Source of the DNA: an uncultured Acidobacteriaceae bacterium | GTDB lineage: Bacteria > Acidobacteriota > Terriglobia > Terriglobales > Acidobacteriaceae | Assembly (NCBI GenBank): GCA_963822225.1 | Contig: CAWGGW010000002.1 | Span: forward strand, 772,489 to 836,488 | Length of the DNA: 64,000 nt | Direction: 5' to 3' | Part shown: positions 11,196 through 23,101 of the stretch, one piece after another | Layout: each line of letters begins with the position of its first letter | How positions within the stretch are numbered: position 1 is the first letter of the stretch | The notes under the pieces: model-generated | The model's input: the letters and a program-made list of their open reading frames with translations, nothing else | Told to the model about the DNA's origin: nothing | The model's database searches: none | Made by a program: the position numbers and the translations under genes

Positions 11196-11216
11196 GTCAA
11201 TCCCTCCGCCTGCTTG

Positions 11217-11855
11217 TTACTTTGGCTCTACCGCTATCACCCACAGATCTGTTTGCCCCAGGTTATGTCCAACGTGCGTCGCTCCTGGCCGCCAGACCAC
11301 ATCCCCCGTCTTAAGCGTCGACGGTTGCCTCGTCCCGTCTGGCAGAATGTGCTCCAACTCCGCCCCCGAGAGACAGACCACTACCCGGTCGTGATGCGTA
11401 TGTTGCGGCTCATAGGCTCCAGCAGGAATCTTGATCAAGTAAGTCCGTTCGTAACGATCTTCATGCATGATCAAGTAACTCGGCGCCAAGCCCGCTTTCC
11501 CCCACGTCTCGTCGCTGCCATCTGTCAGAAACTCAATCCGCACGAAATGCAGCGGCGCGCTTCCCATGTTGCGGATCGCTAGCGCCGGCGTTAGAAAACC
11601 CGCAATCTCGCCCTTCGCGACATGTCGGGATTGGGTGCCGTTGCGCACGGTACCGTTCAATACCATCCCGTCTGTCAAGTAGACCAGCAGGCTCGGCAGC
11701 TTTTCTGGCGTGGCCTCGGATTCACCTGGAAGCAACGTCTCTTCCATCACTACGACTTTGTCGTTTCGGATCTTCTCCAGACTCGATGCCGCAAAAACCG
11801 GCCGCGCAAAGGCCATACACACCGCAGCGGATATAATCGATTTGCTCAAACGCAT
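11217..11855 (-). CDS. secreted double-cupin-fold protein
   Basis: Signal peptide ending VFA; HTHHHDRVVV...H.GHN cupin metal motif in the second domain. Confidence 0.75.
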   Translation of the reverse strand: MRLSKSIISAAVCMAFARPVFAASSLEKIRNDKVVVMEETLLPGESEATPEKLPSLLVYLTDGMVLNGTVRNGTQSRHVAKGEIAGFLTPALAIRNMGSAPLHFVRIEFLTDGSDETWGKAGLAPSYLIMHEDRYERTYLIKIPAGAYEPQHTHHDRVVVCLSGAELEHILPDGTRQPSTLKTGDVVWRPGATHVGHNLGQTDLWVIAVEPK

Positions 11856-11865
11856 CTCACCCTCC

Positions 11866-12675
11866 TTAAACACACTCGACGAACCTTCGTTTCATCAATT
11901 CCATTAGCTCCGCATTCGCGCTCTTCCAAATCTCCTCGTTGAATATCTCCACTTCGATTGGTCCGTCGTACCCCGCCGCATCCACAAGCTGCCGCATCGT
12001 GCGCAGTTCGATCACTCCATCGCCCATCATGCTGCGTCCCATCAATATCCCCGGCAGCGGCACAGACCAATCGGAGACATGGAAGCCGACAATCCGCCCG
12101 CGCGCCCGCTCGATCTCGACCGCCAATTCGGGATCCCACCAAACGTGGAACGCATCCACCACTACCCCCGCGGCCCTGCTCGCCAGCCTATCGACTATGT
12201 CGTTGGCCTGTCCTAACGTCACCACCACCGACCGTTCCGCCGCGTACATCGGATGCAACGGCTCAATCCCTAACACGACGCCGGCCTTCTCCGCATCCGG
12301 TAGCACTTCCATCAATCCATCCAGCACCGTTGCGCGTGCATCGCTCAATGTCTGCCCATTCGCCGGCCCCGATACAATCACGAGCACTGGCGCGCCCAGG
12401 ATCGTCGCCTCCTCAATGGCAGCGCGATTGTCCTCAATCCGCTTTCGCCGCTCCTCCGCGGTTGGCGCAGAGAACCACCCACCTCGGCACAAACTCGACA
12501 CGTGAAGCCCCTCTCCGCGAATCATCGCCGCTGCACTCGCCGCATTTCCTCCTAGCTTATGTCGCCAAACGCCGATATTGGCCACTTCCGCACGCGAGCA
12601 GTGCCTCACTGCCTCGTCCAGAGACCAAGGATCAGCCGTCATCTGGTTGAAGCTCAACCGCTCGAGGATACTCAT
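11866..12675 (-). CDS. sugar phosphate isomerase/epimerase (xylose-isomerase-like TIM barrel)
   Basis: SSLCRGG, IEPLHPMY, DAFHVWWD, HVSDW and EVEIFN motifs. Confidence 0.9.
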   Translation of the reverse strand: MSILERLSFNQMTADPWSLDEAVRHCSRAEVANIGVWRHKLGGNAASAAAMIRGEGLHVSSLCRGGWFSAPTAEERRKRIEDNRAAIEEATILGAPVLVIVSGPANGQTLSDARATVLDGLMEVLPDAEKAGVVLGIEPLHPMYAAERSVVVTLGQANDIVDRLASRAAGVVVDAFHVWWDPELAVEIERARGRIVGFHVSDWSVPLPGILMGRSMMGDGVIELRTMRQLVDAAGYDGPIEVEIFNEEIWKSANAELMELMKRRFVECV

Positions 12676-13840
12676 GCCAGACCCGCCGTCATAAGAAAAC
12701 CACGCATTCGCCTCGCCGCGAATTCCGGATCGCGCAACACTCCAGCCTCATCCGCCAGCACGAACAACTCGCACAAATGCGCGATGGACCGAGCACTCTC
12801 CAGTCCACGCACCATGCGGAAGTGACTCTGAAACCCATTCAAGAACGCGAGAAATACAACTCCTGCCTTGTAGTGTTGCGTCGGGGCCGCGAAGATGTGC
12901 CGCGACAGCGCAACCGTCGGCGCAAGCAGTTGTTCGTAGCGCCGAGTATCCCCGCAGTCCAGCGCGCCCAAGGCCAGAGAAGCTGCCGGCGCAATCGCAT
13001 CAAATATCCCCAGCAGCGCATCGCTGTATCCCACCTCATCCCCCAAGATCAAGCGGTCATAGTTGAAGTCGTCCCCCGTATACATCCGCACGCCATCGGG
13101 AAGCTGCCGCCGCATCGCAATCTCCAATTCTGCATCCAGCAGCGAAATCTTGATGCCGTCAATCTTCTCGCAGATGCGCGCGAATCACGCTAAGGCAATT
13201 CTCCATCGCCGCAGAGATATCCCGCAGCGCCCCAATACCCCTTCAGCGCTGGATCAAACATTGGCCCGAGCCAATGCAGTATCACCGGCTCGCGCACCTG
13301 TCTCAACACGGTCGCATATACTGCCGCATAATCGTCCGCATCGCGAGCCACACTCGCCAATGCCCGGCTCGCCATCAAAATGATTCGGCCGCCTACAGCC
13401 TCGATCGCCGCGCACTGCTCCAGGTAGGCCTCGATCACATCCTGTAACGTATAAGTCCTGCCCGCCGCCAGATGATCCGTCCCGGCCCCGCTCGCTACCA
13501 GCGCTCCACGCACCTTCGCCGCCGCCGTACTCCGCCGGACCAACTCCAGCGCCAGCGGCCAATCCAATCCCATCCCCCGCTGGGCCGTGTCCATCGCTTC
13601 CGCCACACCGAACCCCAACGACCAAAGATATTCGCGATACGCAATCGTCGCGTCCCAATCGATCACCGCCTCCGTCAGCGGGTCCGCAGTGCGCAACGGA
13701 TCCACCACCACGTGCGCCGCCGCAAACGCCACTCGCTTCTCAAACGGGCCACGCGGCATCGTCGGGAGAGGTTCGCGCGAGGGCGTGTAATCGTATAGTG
13801 CCCCGTCCGTGCGCACCAGCTTCACCGACTCCATCTTCAT
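12672..13840 (-). CDS. DUF993 / dihydrodipicolinate-synthase-like protein (two small frameshifts near 13222 and 13172)
   Basis: FAAAHVV, AEAMDTAQRGMG, ILHWLG and MYTGDDFNY motifs split over ORFs 13190..13882 and 12672..13127. The linker DGIKISLLD is recoverable by frame change. Confidence 0.85.
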
Positions 13841-14988
13841 GCCCCCAACTCTGGCACATCCAGCCACCGGCGCTCGTGCCACGACTTTAATCCAAGCTCT
13901 GCCAGTTGCACGCCGCGGGCCCCCTCCACAAAATCATGCGGAAACTCAGCCCCCTCTGCGACGTGTCGCAAAAAGAGCTCCCACTGTACTTTGAACCCGT
14001 TGTCGAATGCCTGATTATCCGGCACATCCACCCAGCCATCGCGAAAACGAAACGGATTCTCGATATCCGGATTCCAAACGGGACGGGGAGTGCTCACTCG
14101 ATGCTGAGTCCTGCACTCGCGTAATCCCGCGACCGCACTGCCCAGCGTCCCATCCACTTGAATACTGAACAACTCATCGCGATAAACCCGAAACGACCAC
14201 GAAGAATTGATCTGCGCAACGATCCCGCCCTCGAGCTCAAACGTCCCGTAAGCCGTATCGTCTGCGGTGCTGTCGTATCGCTTCCCAGACTCATCCCATC
14301 GTTCAGGAATCGCCGTTCCACCCAGGCATTGCACCGCGCGCACCCTGCCAAACGTGTGATCCAGAACGTACCGCCAGTGGCAGAACATATCCATGATGAT
14401 CCCGCCACCATCTTCCTTGCGGTAGTTCCACGAGGGTCGCTGCGCCGCCTGCCAATCCCCTTCGAACACCCAATATCCAAACTCGCCGCGGACCGAATGT
14501 ATCCTACCGAAGAATCCGCTATCCACGAGCCTCTTCAACTTGCGCATCCCCGGCAGAAACAGCTTGTCCTGCACCACTCCATGTTTCACTCCTGCTGACT
14601 TGGCCAACGCAGCCAGTCGCATCGCCACTGCCGACTCCTCAGCCAGCGGCTTTTCGCAATAGACATGCTTCCCCGCCGCAATCGCCGCCTCGACACTCGG
14701 CGCGCGCAAAGCAGTCAACTGCGCATCGAAATAAATCGCATCATCCTTATCCGCAAGCGCCCCGCGCAAGTCCGTAGTCCATCGCGCCACGCCATGCTCG
14801 GCGCCAATCTGCTCCAGCTTCGCCGCGTTGCGCCCAACCAGGATCGGATCAGGCATTAGCCGCGATCCATCCGCCAGCACAACCCCGCCCTGATTGCGAA
14901 TCGCCAACACTGACCGAACCAGATGCTGGTTCAGCCCCATGCGTCCCGTCACGCCGTTCATGATGATGCCAATCCGTCGCTCGTCCAT
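13837..14988 (-). CDS. Gfo/Idh/MocA family NAD(P)-dependent oxidoreductase
   Basis: IIMNGVTGRMG Rossmann start, KHVYCEKP, DMFCHW. Confidence 0.92.
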   Translation of the reverse strand: MDERRIGIIMNGVTGRMGLNQHLVRSVLAIRNQGGVVLADGSRLMPDPILVGRNAAKLEQIGAEHGVARWTTDLRGALADKDDAIYFDAQLTALRAPSVEAAIAAGKHVYCEKPLAEESAVAMRLAALAKSAGVKHGVVQDKLFLPGMRKLKRLVDSGFFGRIHSVRGEFGYWVFEGDWQAAQRPSWNYRKEDGGGIIMDMFCHWRYVLDHTFGRVRAVQCLGGTAIPERWDESGKRYDSTADDTAYGTFELEGGIVAQINSSWSFRVYRDELFSIQVDGTLGSAVAGLRECRTQHRVSTPRPVWNPDIENPFRFRDGWVDVPDNQAFDNGFKVQWELFLRHVAEGAEFPHDFVEGARGVQLAELGLKSWHERRWLDVPELGA

Positions 14989-14995
14989 CGTCCCC

Positions 14996-16280
14996 TTATC
15001 CCTCACTCGCAGCCATCGCCGTCGCTGGGTCGCACTCGGCCACGCGCACAAAACTCCGATCGCGCGCCTCCGCCCCAAACCAGATCAGCATAATCGTCAG
15101 AACAATCGCGCTCGTTTCGAACATCGTCAACGCCCACGGATATCCAAAATGATCGCGCAGCACGAATTCTATGGCCGTCGCCGGCGACGCCAGCAGCACG
15201 CCAGCCTGATACACAAATCCCGGAAATAAGCTCCGCACCGCATCCGGTGAAAGTTCATTCAAATGCGCCGGAACCACGCCCATCGACCCCTGCACTCCAA
15301 ACTGCATCAATATCGAGCCAACAACCAGCACCCCCAGCGACGTACCAAACGCCCAGGCCGGAATCGACGCCAGCGCAATCAGCCAACCCCAGCACAATCG
15401 CTCTGCGCCGTCCAAACTTCTGCGACAGATTCCCGAAAAACAGGCACCCCACAATTCCGCCAACGGTATACAGAATTGGCATCCCGTACGGCGCCTTCAT
15501 GCCCATCACGGTCTTCGCCGCAATCCCCGGCAGCGACTTCAGAAAATCCGGATACAAATCCTGCGTGCCGTGCGGAATACTCAGCATTACGCCCATCATC
15601 GCAAGCAGATAAAGAAACATCCCTTTGTGATCAGCTACCGCCCCAAAGATCCGTCTCATAGAAGCCGGCCGATGCTGCTTCCACGCCTCGGACTCCGGCG
15701 CAAGCAGCGTCAACACCACAATCAGCACCGCAACCGGAGCCCCCGCAAAAAACACCACCCTCCATCCAAACGCCGGTGCCAGCGTCTGTACTGCTACCGC
15801 CGCCAGCAGGTAGCCCATAGGATAGCCAGCCTGCATCAATCCCGAAAGCACACCCCGAAACCGCCGCGGCGAACTCTCCATCGCATACGACGCGCCAATC
15901 CCCCAATACCCGCCCATGCCAATCCCATACAGCGCCCGGCACACCACAAAGATCGCGAACGTCGGCGCCAGCCCGCTCATCACCGTGCACAGCGAGAAAT
16001 ACGCCACGCAAAATATCAGCGGACGCCTGCGCCCGAACCGGTCCGCCAGTGCGCCAAAGAACAACGCGCCCAGCGGCCGCATCGCCAGCGTCAAAGTCAG
16101 CGTGTACACCACCGACGCCTTCGACACATGGAACCGCGCCGCCAGCACATCGAACAAAAAGACCAGCACAAAAAAATCGAATGAGTCCAGAACCCAACCC
16201 AGACTCCCAGAGCCGACCGCCAGCTTCCATCCCTTCGTCTCGCGATCGATCGTAGTCTCGGGTCCGGATACAAACGCCAT
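14996..16280 (-). CDS. MFS transporter, SHS/NanT-JEN type (frameshift near 15385)
   Basis: LDSFDFF, MRPLGA, ADRFGRR, HGTQDLYP; C-terminal VVPAHLNELSP lies in ORF 14996..15463. Confidence 0.85.
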
Positions 16281-16467
16281 CGTCTATTCGCCGTTCCGCG
16301 TCGACAAACGCTGCTGAAAGTAAATTCCGCACCCGTTGGGTGCGAGGATTGTATCCCGCCACCTGCACCGCTCTCCACCGCTCCAGTCCACACCGCGCAG
16401 CACTGCAGGCAGAATGACTGGAAATGTATGATGGCCTACACGCAATCGCCCCCGGGACACTCGACTT

Positions 16468-17187
16468 ATGGACTTAGACCAGAACGTACTAGAAACTCTC
16501 TCCGGCGTCGCCACCGCAACCCTCACCACGGTCCTCCTTAAAAAGGGCCTCCGCAACGTCTGGCTCCGCGGAGCCAAACCCCTGCGCCCCGGCCAGAAGC
16601 GCGTCGTCGGCCCCGCCTTTACCCTGCGCTTCGTTCCGGCCCGCGAAGACCTCGCAACACCCGAATCCTGGTCGTCCCCCACCTCCACCCGCGCCGCCAT
16701 CGAAGCCATGCCGCCCGACTGCATCGCCGTAGTCGACGCCATGGGCGTCACCGACGCCGGCATCTTCGGCGACATCCTGTGCGAGCGAATGCGAGTCCGC
16801 GGCATCGCAGCCCTCATTACCGACGGAGTCGTGCGTGACGTTGCCGGGGTTCTACGCACCGATCTTCCCGTCTGGTCTGCCGGAGTCGCGGCACCTCCGT
16901 CCGTCGCTGGCCTCACCTTCGTCGCATGGCAACAACCGATCGGCTGCGGCGGGGTCGCCATCTTCCCCAACGACACGATTGTCGCCGACGAAGATGGAGC
17001 CGTCGTTATTCCTGCTGCCATCCTCAAAGAAGTAGTTGAGGAGGCCGTCGAGCAGGAAAAACTCGAAGCCTGGATCGTCAATGAAGTACGGGCCGGCGCA
17101 TCGCTCCCCGGTCTCTATCCCATCAACGCAGAAAACAAAGCCCGCTACGAGGCCTTCCGCGACAACCAACGCAACGCCACAAAATAA
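16468..17187 (+). CDS. RraA-like / HMG-aldolase family protein
   Basis: VGPAFTLRFVPARED, FGDIL, TDGVVRD and VADEDGAVVIP motifs. Confidence 0.85.
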   Translation: MDLDQNVLETLSGVATATLTTVLLKKGLRNVWLRGAKPLRPGQKRVVGPAFTLRFVPAREDLATPESWSSPTSTRAAIEAMPPDCIAVVDAMGVTDAGIFGDILCERMRVRGIAALITDGVVRDVAGVLRTDLPVWSAGVAAPPSVAGLTFVAWQQPIGCGGVAIFPNDTIVADEDGAVVIPAAILKEVVEEAVEQEKLEAWIVNEVRAGASLPGLYPINAENKARYEAFRDNQRNATK

Positions 17188-17244
17188 ACGTCGACGCTTA
17201 GGGGAAGAATTTGCCATTAGCCCGTAACGAAGCGCCAAATACGC

Positions 17245-18517
17245 GTGACCGCCAACGACGCGCTCTATCGCAAGATAGCCCTTCGTATCTTGCCCATTCT
17301 CTTCTTCGGCTACATCATCGCCTACATTGATCGCGTCAATGTCAGCTTCGCCAAACTGCAGATGCTCGCTGATCTCAAATTCACTGAGAGCATCTACGGC
17401 CTCGGCGCCGGAATCTTCTTCCTCGGCTACTTCATCTTCGAAGTGCCCAGCAATCTCATCCTGCACAAAGTCGGCGCGCGCGTCTGGATATGCCGCGTAC
17501 TGGTCACCTGGGGAATCATCTCCGGCTGCACCGCGCTCGTCCGCACTCCCGCCGAGTTCTACACCATGCGCCTCCTGCTCGGCGTCGCCGAGGCCGGCTT
17601 CTTCCCCGGCATGATCCTCTACCTCACCTACTGGTTCCCCTCGCACCGCCGCGCCAAAATGCTCGCCCTCCTCATGACCGGCAACCCCATCGCCGGCATC
17701 ATCGGCGGCCCGCTCTCCGGCGCCATCATGCGCTTCTTCGAACGGCACCCACGGCATCGCCGGATGGCAATGGCTCTTCCTCCTCGAAGCCATCCCGGCC
17801 ATCATCCTCGGCATCATCGTCCTCTTCGTCTTCGACGACCGCGTTCTCCACGCCACCTGGCTCACCCCCGAAGAAAAGTCCGCCGTCGCCGCCGAAATTG
17901 ACGCCGAAGCCGCTGCCAAAACCCACACCACCATCCTCTCCATCTTCCTCAGCCCGCGCGTCTGGCTCATGGCCCTGATCTACTTCGGCATCGAGATGGG
18001 ATCCTACGCCATTGGCTTCTGGCTTCCCACCATCATCCGCGAAACCGGCGTCAAAGACCCCTTCCAGATCGGCCTCCGCACCATCGCCCCCTACTCGCTC
18101 GCCCTCATCTTCATGGTCCTCACCGGCCGCCACGCCGACCAGACCCGCGAACGCCGCTGGCACCTCGTCGTCCCCTGCATCATCGCCGCCATCGGCTTCG
18201 TCCTCTGCACCCAGGGCGCCGCGAGCCCACTCGCCGCCGCCATCGGCATGAACCTCGCCGTCATCGGAGTAGTCACTTCGGTCCCCACCTTCTGGGCCCT
18301 CCCCACATCCTTCCTCGGCGGAGCCGCCGCAGCCGCCGGCATCGCCCTCGTCAACTGCACCGGAAACCTCGGAGGATTCTTCAGCCCCCTCATCATCGGC
18401 TCCCTCAAAACTCACACCGGCACGCTCAACTCCGGCCTCATCCTCATCGCCGCCTGCATGCTAGCCTCCGCCACCCTCATCCTCACGCTAGTCCCTGCAA
18501 AGCTGGTCAACCGATGA
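17245..18517 (+). CDS. MFS transporter, ACS (TtuB/RhmT-like; frameshift near 17745)
   Basis: AYIDRVNVSFAKL, FEVPSN, AEAGFFPG; GWQWLFLLEAIP continues in another frame. Confidence 0.88.
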
Positions 18518-18699
18518 CGCCAAAGAACCCGATGCTCAAGTTAGCCATTCCTCCCACAAACGATTGCATCAGTTCTGACGTCTTGGCAGCCTTCTACCGA
18601 GGTCTTAACCTCCTGGGTGATTAATGTCTTTAGCACTGGCTCCTGAACCGCTCATAGACGCCAGCCGCCCATGCCCAAGCCCCGAGGCGCTCCTGAATG

Positions 18700-19087
18700 A
18701 CTGTGCAGCACTTCACCATCATCCGACCAAACACTCGACAGCGCCGTATCTTCAAGGCGATCGGCACCTGACCTCACCAAGGGGGAGCAATTCACGGCTT
18801 ACGCGTCAACGTTCGAAAGGTCGAAATGCGCTGGACTAACTGGTCAATCCCAGAAATGGCGAAGTATCTCGACTCCCGCGGTCGGTTTACCAGTCGTCGA
18901 CCAGACCGTTATCACCGGCAGCTATGACATCAGCTTCAGCTACAACCCGAAACCCGAAGCCGACAGCGACACTCCCGACGCTCGACGTAGCTCTCGAACA
19001 GGCAACCGAGCTAATGCTTGAGCCGCAGAAGATCCCCTCGAAACCATCGTCATTGACTCCATCGACGAAGTCCCCACCGCTGTCTAG
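18700..19087 (+). pseudogene. decayed TIGR03435/DUF3738-like gene remnant
   Basis: Across frames it reads ...GLPVVDQTVITGSYDISFSY...TLDVALEQATELMLEPQKIP.ETIVIDSIDEVPT, resembling that family's C-terminus. Multiple indels and no N-terminus. Confidence 0.65.
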
Positions 19088-19111
19088 GAGCCATCCACAG
19101 GCGACCACACT

Positions 19112-20838
19112 ATGACACAAACTCAATCCGACCGGCCTCCACAAAGGACTCACCGCTTACGGCGACGCCGCCTTCTCTCTCTTCCTCCGCAAAGCCTTCA
19201 TCAAGGCCGCCGGCTACTCCGACGACGCCTTCGACCGCCCCATCGTCGGCATCACCAACACCGCCTCCGACTACAACCCATGCCACGGCAACGTCCCCGA
19301 CCTCATCGACTCCGTCAAGCGCGGAGTCCTCCTCGCCGGCGCGCTTCCGATGGTCTTCCCCACCATCTCCATCGCCGAATCCTTCGCCCACCCCACATCC
19401 ATGTATCTCCGCAACCTCCTCGCGATGGACACCGAGGAGATGATCCGCGCGCAGCCCATGGACGCCGTCGTCCTCATCGGCGGGTGTGACAAGAACCTCC
19501 CCGCGCAGGTCATGGCTGCCGTCTTCGCCAACATCCCCGCCATCGTCCTCCCCACCGGCCCCATGCTCGTCGGCAATTACAAAGGTAAAACCATCGGCGC
19601 CTGCACCGACTGCCGCCGTTTCTGGGCGCAGCACCGCGCCGGACAAATCGACGTCGCCGAAACTGAACTCATCTCCGGACGGCTCTGTCCCACCATCGGT
19701 ACCTGCAGCAGCATGGGCACCGCCAGCACCATGGCCCTTCTCGTCGAAGCCCTCGGCCTCAGCCTTCCGATGTCCGCCACCGCCCCCGCTGTCTCCGCAG
19801 ACCGCCGACGCATCGCCGAATCCACCGGCCGCCGCGCCGCCGAACTCGCCTCAATCCACGCCCCAGGCCCAACCGACATCCTCACCCCTGCCGCCATCCG
19901 CAACGCCATGATCGTCCTTCAGGCGATAGGCGGATCCACCAACGCCCTCATCCATCTCACCGCCATAGCCAACCGAGCCGACGTCCCCTTCTCCCTCGCC
20001 GCCTTCGACAGGCTCTCCCGCGAGGTCCCTGTCCTCCTCAACCTCAAGCCCTCCGGCGCGCACTACATGGAGCATCTCCACCAGGCCGGCGGCCTCCCCG
20101 CCCTCCTTCGTGAACTCAACCCCCTCCTCGACACCTCCGTCGCCACCATCTCCGGCTTCACGGTCGCTGAAATCATCGCCGAAGCCGAAGAAGTCCCCAA
20201 TCAGGACGTCATCCGCCCCCTCACCGCACCCCTAAAAAAAGAAGGCGCGATGGCGATCCTCCGCGGCAATCTCGCTCCCGCTTCCGCCGTCATCAAACAC
20301 TCCGCCGCCTCGCCCCATCTCCTCCAGCACACCGGCCGCGCCGTAGTCTTCGACTCACTCGAAGACCTCGCCACCCGCATCGATTCTCCCGACCTCGACG
20401 TACAAGCCGACGACATACTCGTCCTCCGCAACGCGGGCCCCCGCGGCGCACCCGGCATGCCCGAAGCCGGCTATCTCCCCATTCCCCTCAAACTCGCCAC
20501 GCCAGGGCATAAAGGACATGGTCCGCATCTCCGACGCCCGCATGTCCGGCACCGCCTTCGGAACCATCGTCCTCCACATCGCACCCGAGTCCGCCATCGG
20601 AGGCCCACTCGCCATCGTCCGCACCGGCGACCGCATCGCTCTCGACGTCGAAGCCCGCCGCATCGACCTCCTCATCCCCGAAGACGAAATGGCCGCCCGC
20701 CTCGCCGCCTGGCACGCGAACCCACCCAAGCGCGAAATCTCCACCCGAGGGTATGCCCGCCTCTTCGAGGACCACATTCTCCAGGCCCCCGAAGGCTGCG
20801 ACTTCGACTTCCTCCAGCGCGCCCGCCCCACGAATTGA
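19112..20838 (+). CDS. IlvD/Edd-family dehydratase, likely a sugar-acid dehydratase (frameshifts near 19125 and 20500)
   Basis: YNPCHG, GGCDK, CSSMGTASTM, GGSTNA, GPRGAPGMPE and SDARMSGT motifs. Confidence 0.9.
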
Positions 20839-20948
20839 CCCGGGCCATAGCTCTCTTCTGACCTGTCAATCGCAGCTTGCACCTAATTGCTTTTTCCGCT
20901 ATTCTTCATGCCTTTCCAGTACGCAGGCACGTCGCAGGGAGGCAAACT

Positions 20949-22176
20949 ATGGAGCCAGCCGCCGCCGACAACACCTTCAGCAAGCTCACGTATGTCCAGG
21001 AAGCGCTCCAGGACGCAGAAACCCTGCTTCAGTTCGCATCGGAGACTGGTATACCCGTCGACGACGACACGCAGAAAAGCGTCTTGGACGCTAGAGCAGC
21101 CTACGCTAAAGGGCTGGATGAGATCGCGACTGCCAGACTCCTGACAGCTCTCGCTAAGCTCGCCTCCGTACTTTCGCCCGTCACGCCGGAAAGTGTAGGA
21201 AAATCCAAACGCGCGAAAGACGTGCCGCACCATTATGCGGGCCGGGCAATAGCTCTGGCTGTCTTAATCGTTGTGTATTCCACCATCAGTTTTGTGACCT
21301 CTGGAATAGCGAACTCCATTCGCATAGACATCCAGACCGCGAACGATTTGGCAGTCAAACTCAACTCCGAATTTCCGCCGACCGATGGGATGGGTCCGAG
21401 CGTCAAAGATCCTCCTTGCCCGCTTACTGGTGATGGGGTCAGCCTCCCAAAAACACCGGGGGCAGCAAATCCGTCACAGCCCGGCGAAGGGGAAGCTCCC
21501 GCCCATGGGCCCGGAGGGACACGATCCAGATTCGCAGCCATCAAAGACCTCCAGCTATTCGCCGCGACCATCCGCGATGTCGATACGCACGCTCGCGAAC
21601 TCAGCAGTTATTGGCCTCCTAATTGGAGTAGCCACCACCGTCAAGGCATCGATCCGTACTACTGCATGCGATTCCTATCCGAACCAGATGACCAGCCAAT
21701 TTGAACTCCCGTTGCCGTTGACCGACTATGCTCAGGCCACCTTGGATCGCACGATGACATACCAGAGAGTCCGCTTTTATGGCCAAAAGCTGGCGGACGA
21801 CGTCTCCTTTTACTATGGAGCGCTATCCTCCTGCATCCTTCCCGTCCTCTATGCGTTATTAGGTACTTTCGCCTATATCGTGCGAACCTTCGAGCGGCAG
21901 GTCAGTGCACGAAGTTACGTCCCTTCGGCCACAGACTCGGCACGGTTTGTGATTGCAGCGATAGGCGGCGCTGTCGTTGGCTTGTTCGCGAATTTCACGG
22001 TAGGACAAGGTGTCAAGGCTTCACCCCTTGCTACCGCGTTCCTCGTCGGTTATGCGGTGGACGTCTTCTACGCCTTCCTTGAGACTCTAATCCAGTCCTT
22101 CACCAAGACTGCGCTGGGCTCTGCGCCTCCGGCCCGAACTACACAACCGCCGCCGGATCCGGCTAAGATCACCTGA
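20949..22176 (+). CDS. hypothetical membrane protein (frameshift near 21700)
   Basis: One N-terminal TM, an extracytoplasmic region, then ILPVLYALLG / RFVIAAIGGAVVGLF / SPLATAFLVGYAVDVF helices. Confidence 0.7.
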
Positions 22177-22211
22177 TCTCTTTCGGGAGTCGTTGCAAGG
22201 GCCGGAAGCCG

Positions 22212-22934
22212 CTAGCTTCGGATCTTCGGAATCATCTCCGGATAATCCGAAATAATCCCATCCGCTCCGAGATCGATGGCCCGCCGAATCGCAATCCTCT
22301 CATTCACCGTAAACATCCACACGTCGAGCCCCGCCTCATGTAGCATGGCGACCAAATCCTCGCTCGCCAACTTGTGATCCAGCCCCACCATCTGTGCCTT
22401 TACATCTTGCGCGAACGCCGCTTCGGAAGGCGCGTCGTCGTCCACCAGCACCATCGTTCGCGCCAGCGGATCGATTTCACGTATGGCGAGCATCTCCTCG
22501 TGGAGAAACGACGCGTAAATCACCGGACCTGAATACCCCGACCCCTGAACCAGATTGCAAACCTCCGCAGCGATCCCCGGCGCCTTGACCTCCAGCATCA
22601 AGCCCGTAAGCCCACTCGCCGCCGACAACGCTGCCTCCAGACGTGGGACGCCTTGCCCATCTCCGGCATCAAGCCTTCGCAACTGCTCGCAGGTCAGAGC
22701 CGAAACCAGTCCGCTGCCATCCGTCGTCCGATCTACTTGTTCATCATGAATCACCACCAGGCAGCCATCACGGGTCCGCCGAACATCCAGTTCGACCAAG
22801 TCGGCGTTGAGGGAAATCCCCTTCTGTATGGCGGCGATGGTGTTTTCGGGAGCATGTCCCGCGGCCCCGCGATGTCCAATCCGAAAAACCCGCCTCGTCT
22901 CGGGGGTGAGTGTTCCGCCGGTTGTTTTGTCCAT
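22212..22934 (-). CDS. glycerophosphodiester phosphodiesterase
   Basis: IGHRGA, PENT, ELDV, HD and GIISDYP motifs. Confidence 0.92.
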   Translation of the reverse strand: MDKTTGGTLTPETRRVFRIGHRGAAGHAPENTIAAIQKGISLNADLVELDVRRTRDGCLVVIHDEQVDRTTDGSGLVSALTCEQLRRLDAGDGQGVPRLEAALSAASGLTGLMLEVKAPGIAAEVCNLVQGSGYSGPVIYASFLHEEMLAIREIDPLARTMVLVDDDAPSEAAFAQDVKAQMVGLDHKLASEDLVAMLHEAGLDVWMFTVNERIAIRRAIDLGADGIISDYPEMIPKIRS

Positions 22935-23101
22935 GAATCACCCTGAGCACTCCTTGGCAAGTTTATTCGAAACCTCAGGTCACGCTTTTGTCGCCCGAGA
23001 CATCCAATCATTCGCTCTGAGTTAGTTCGCAGGCACACCGGCCATGAAGTATTTCCGAGCCATGTAGTGTTTACAAGAATCGCGAGAAAGGATTTCTTGC
23101 C

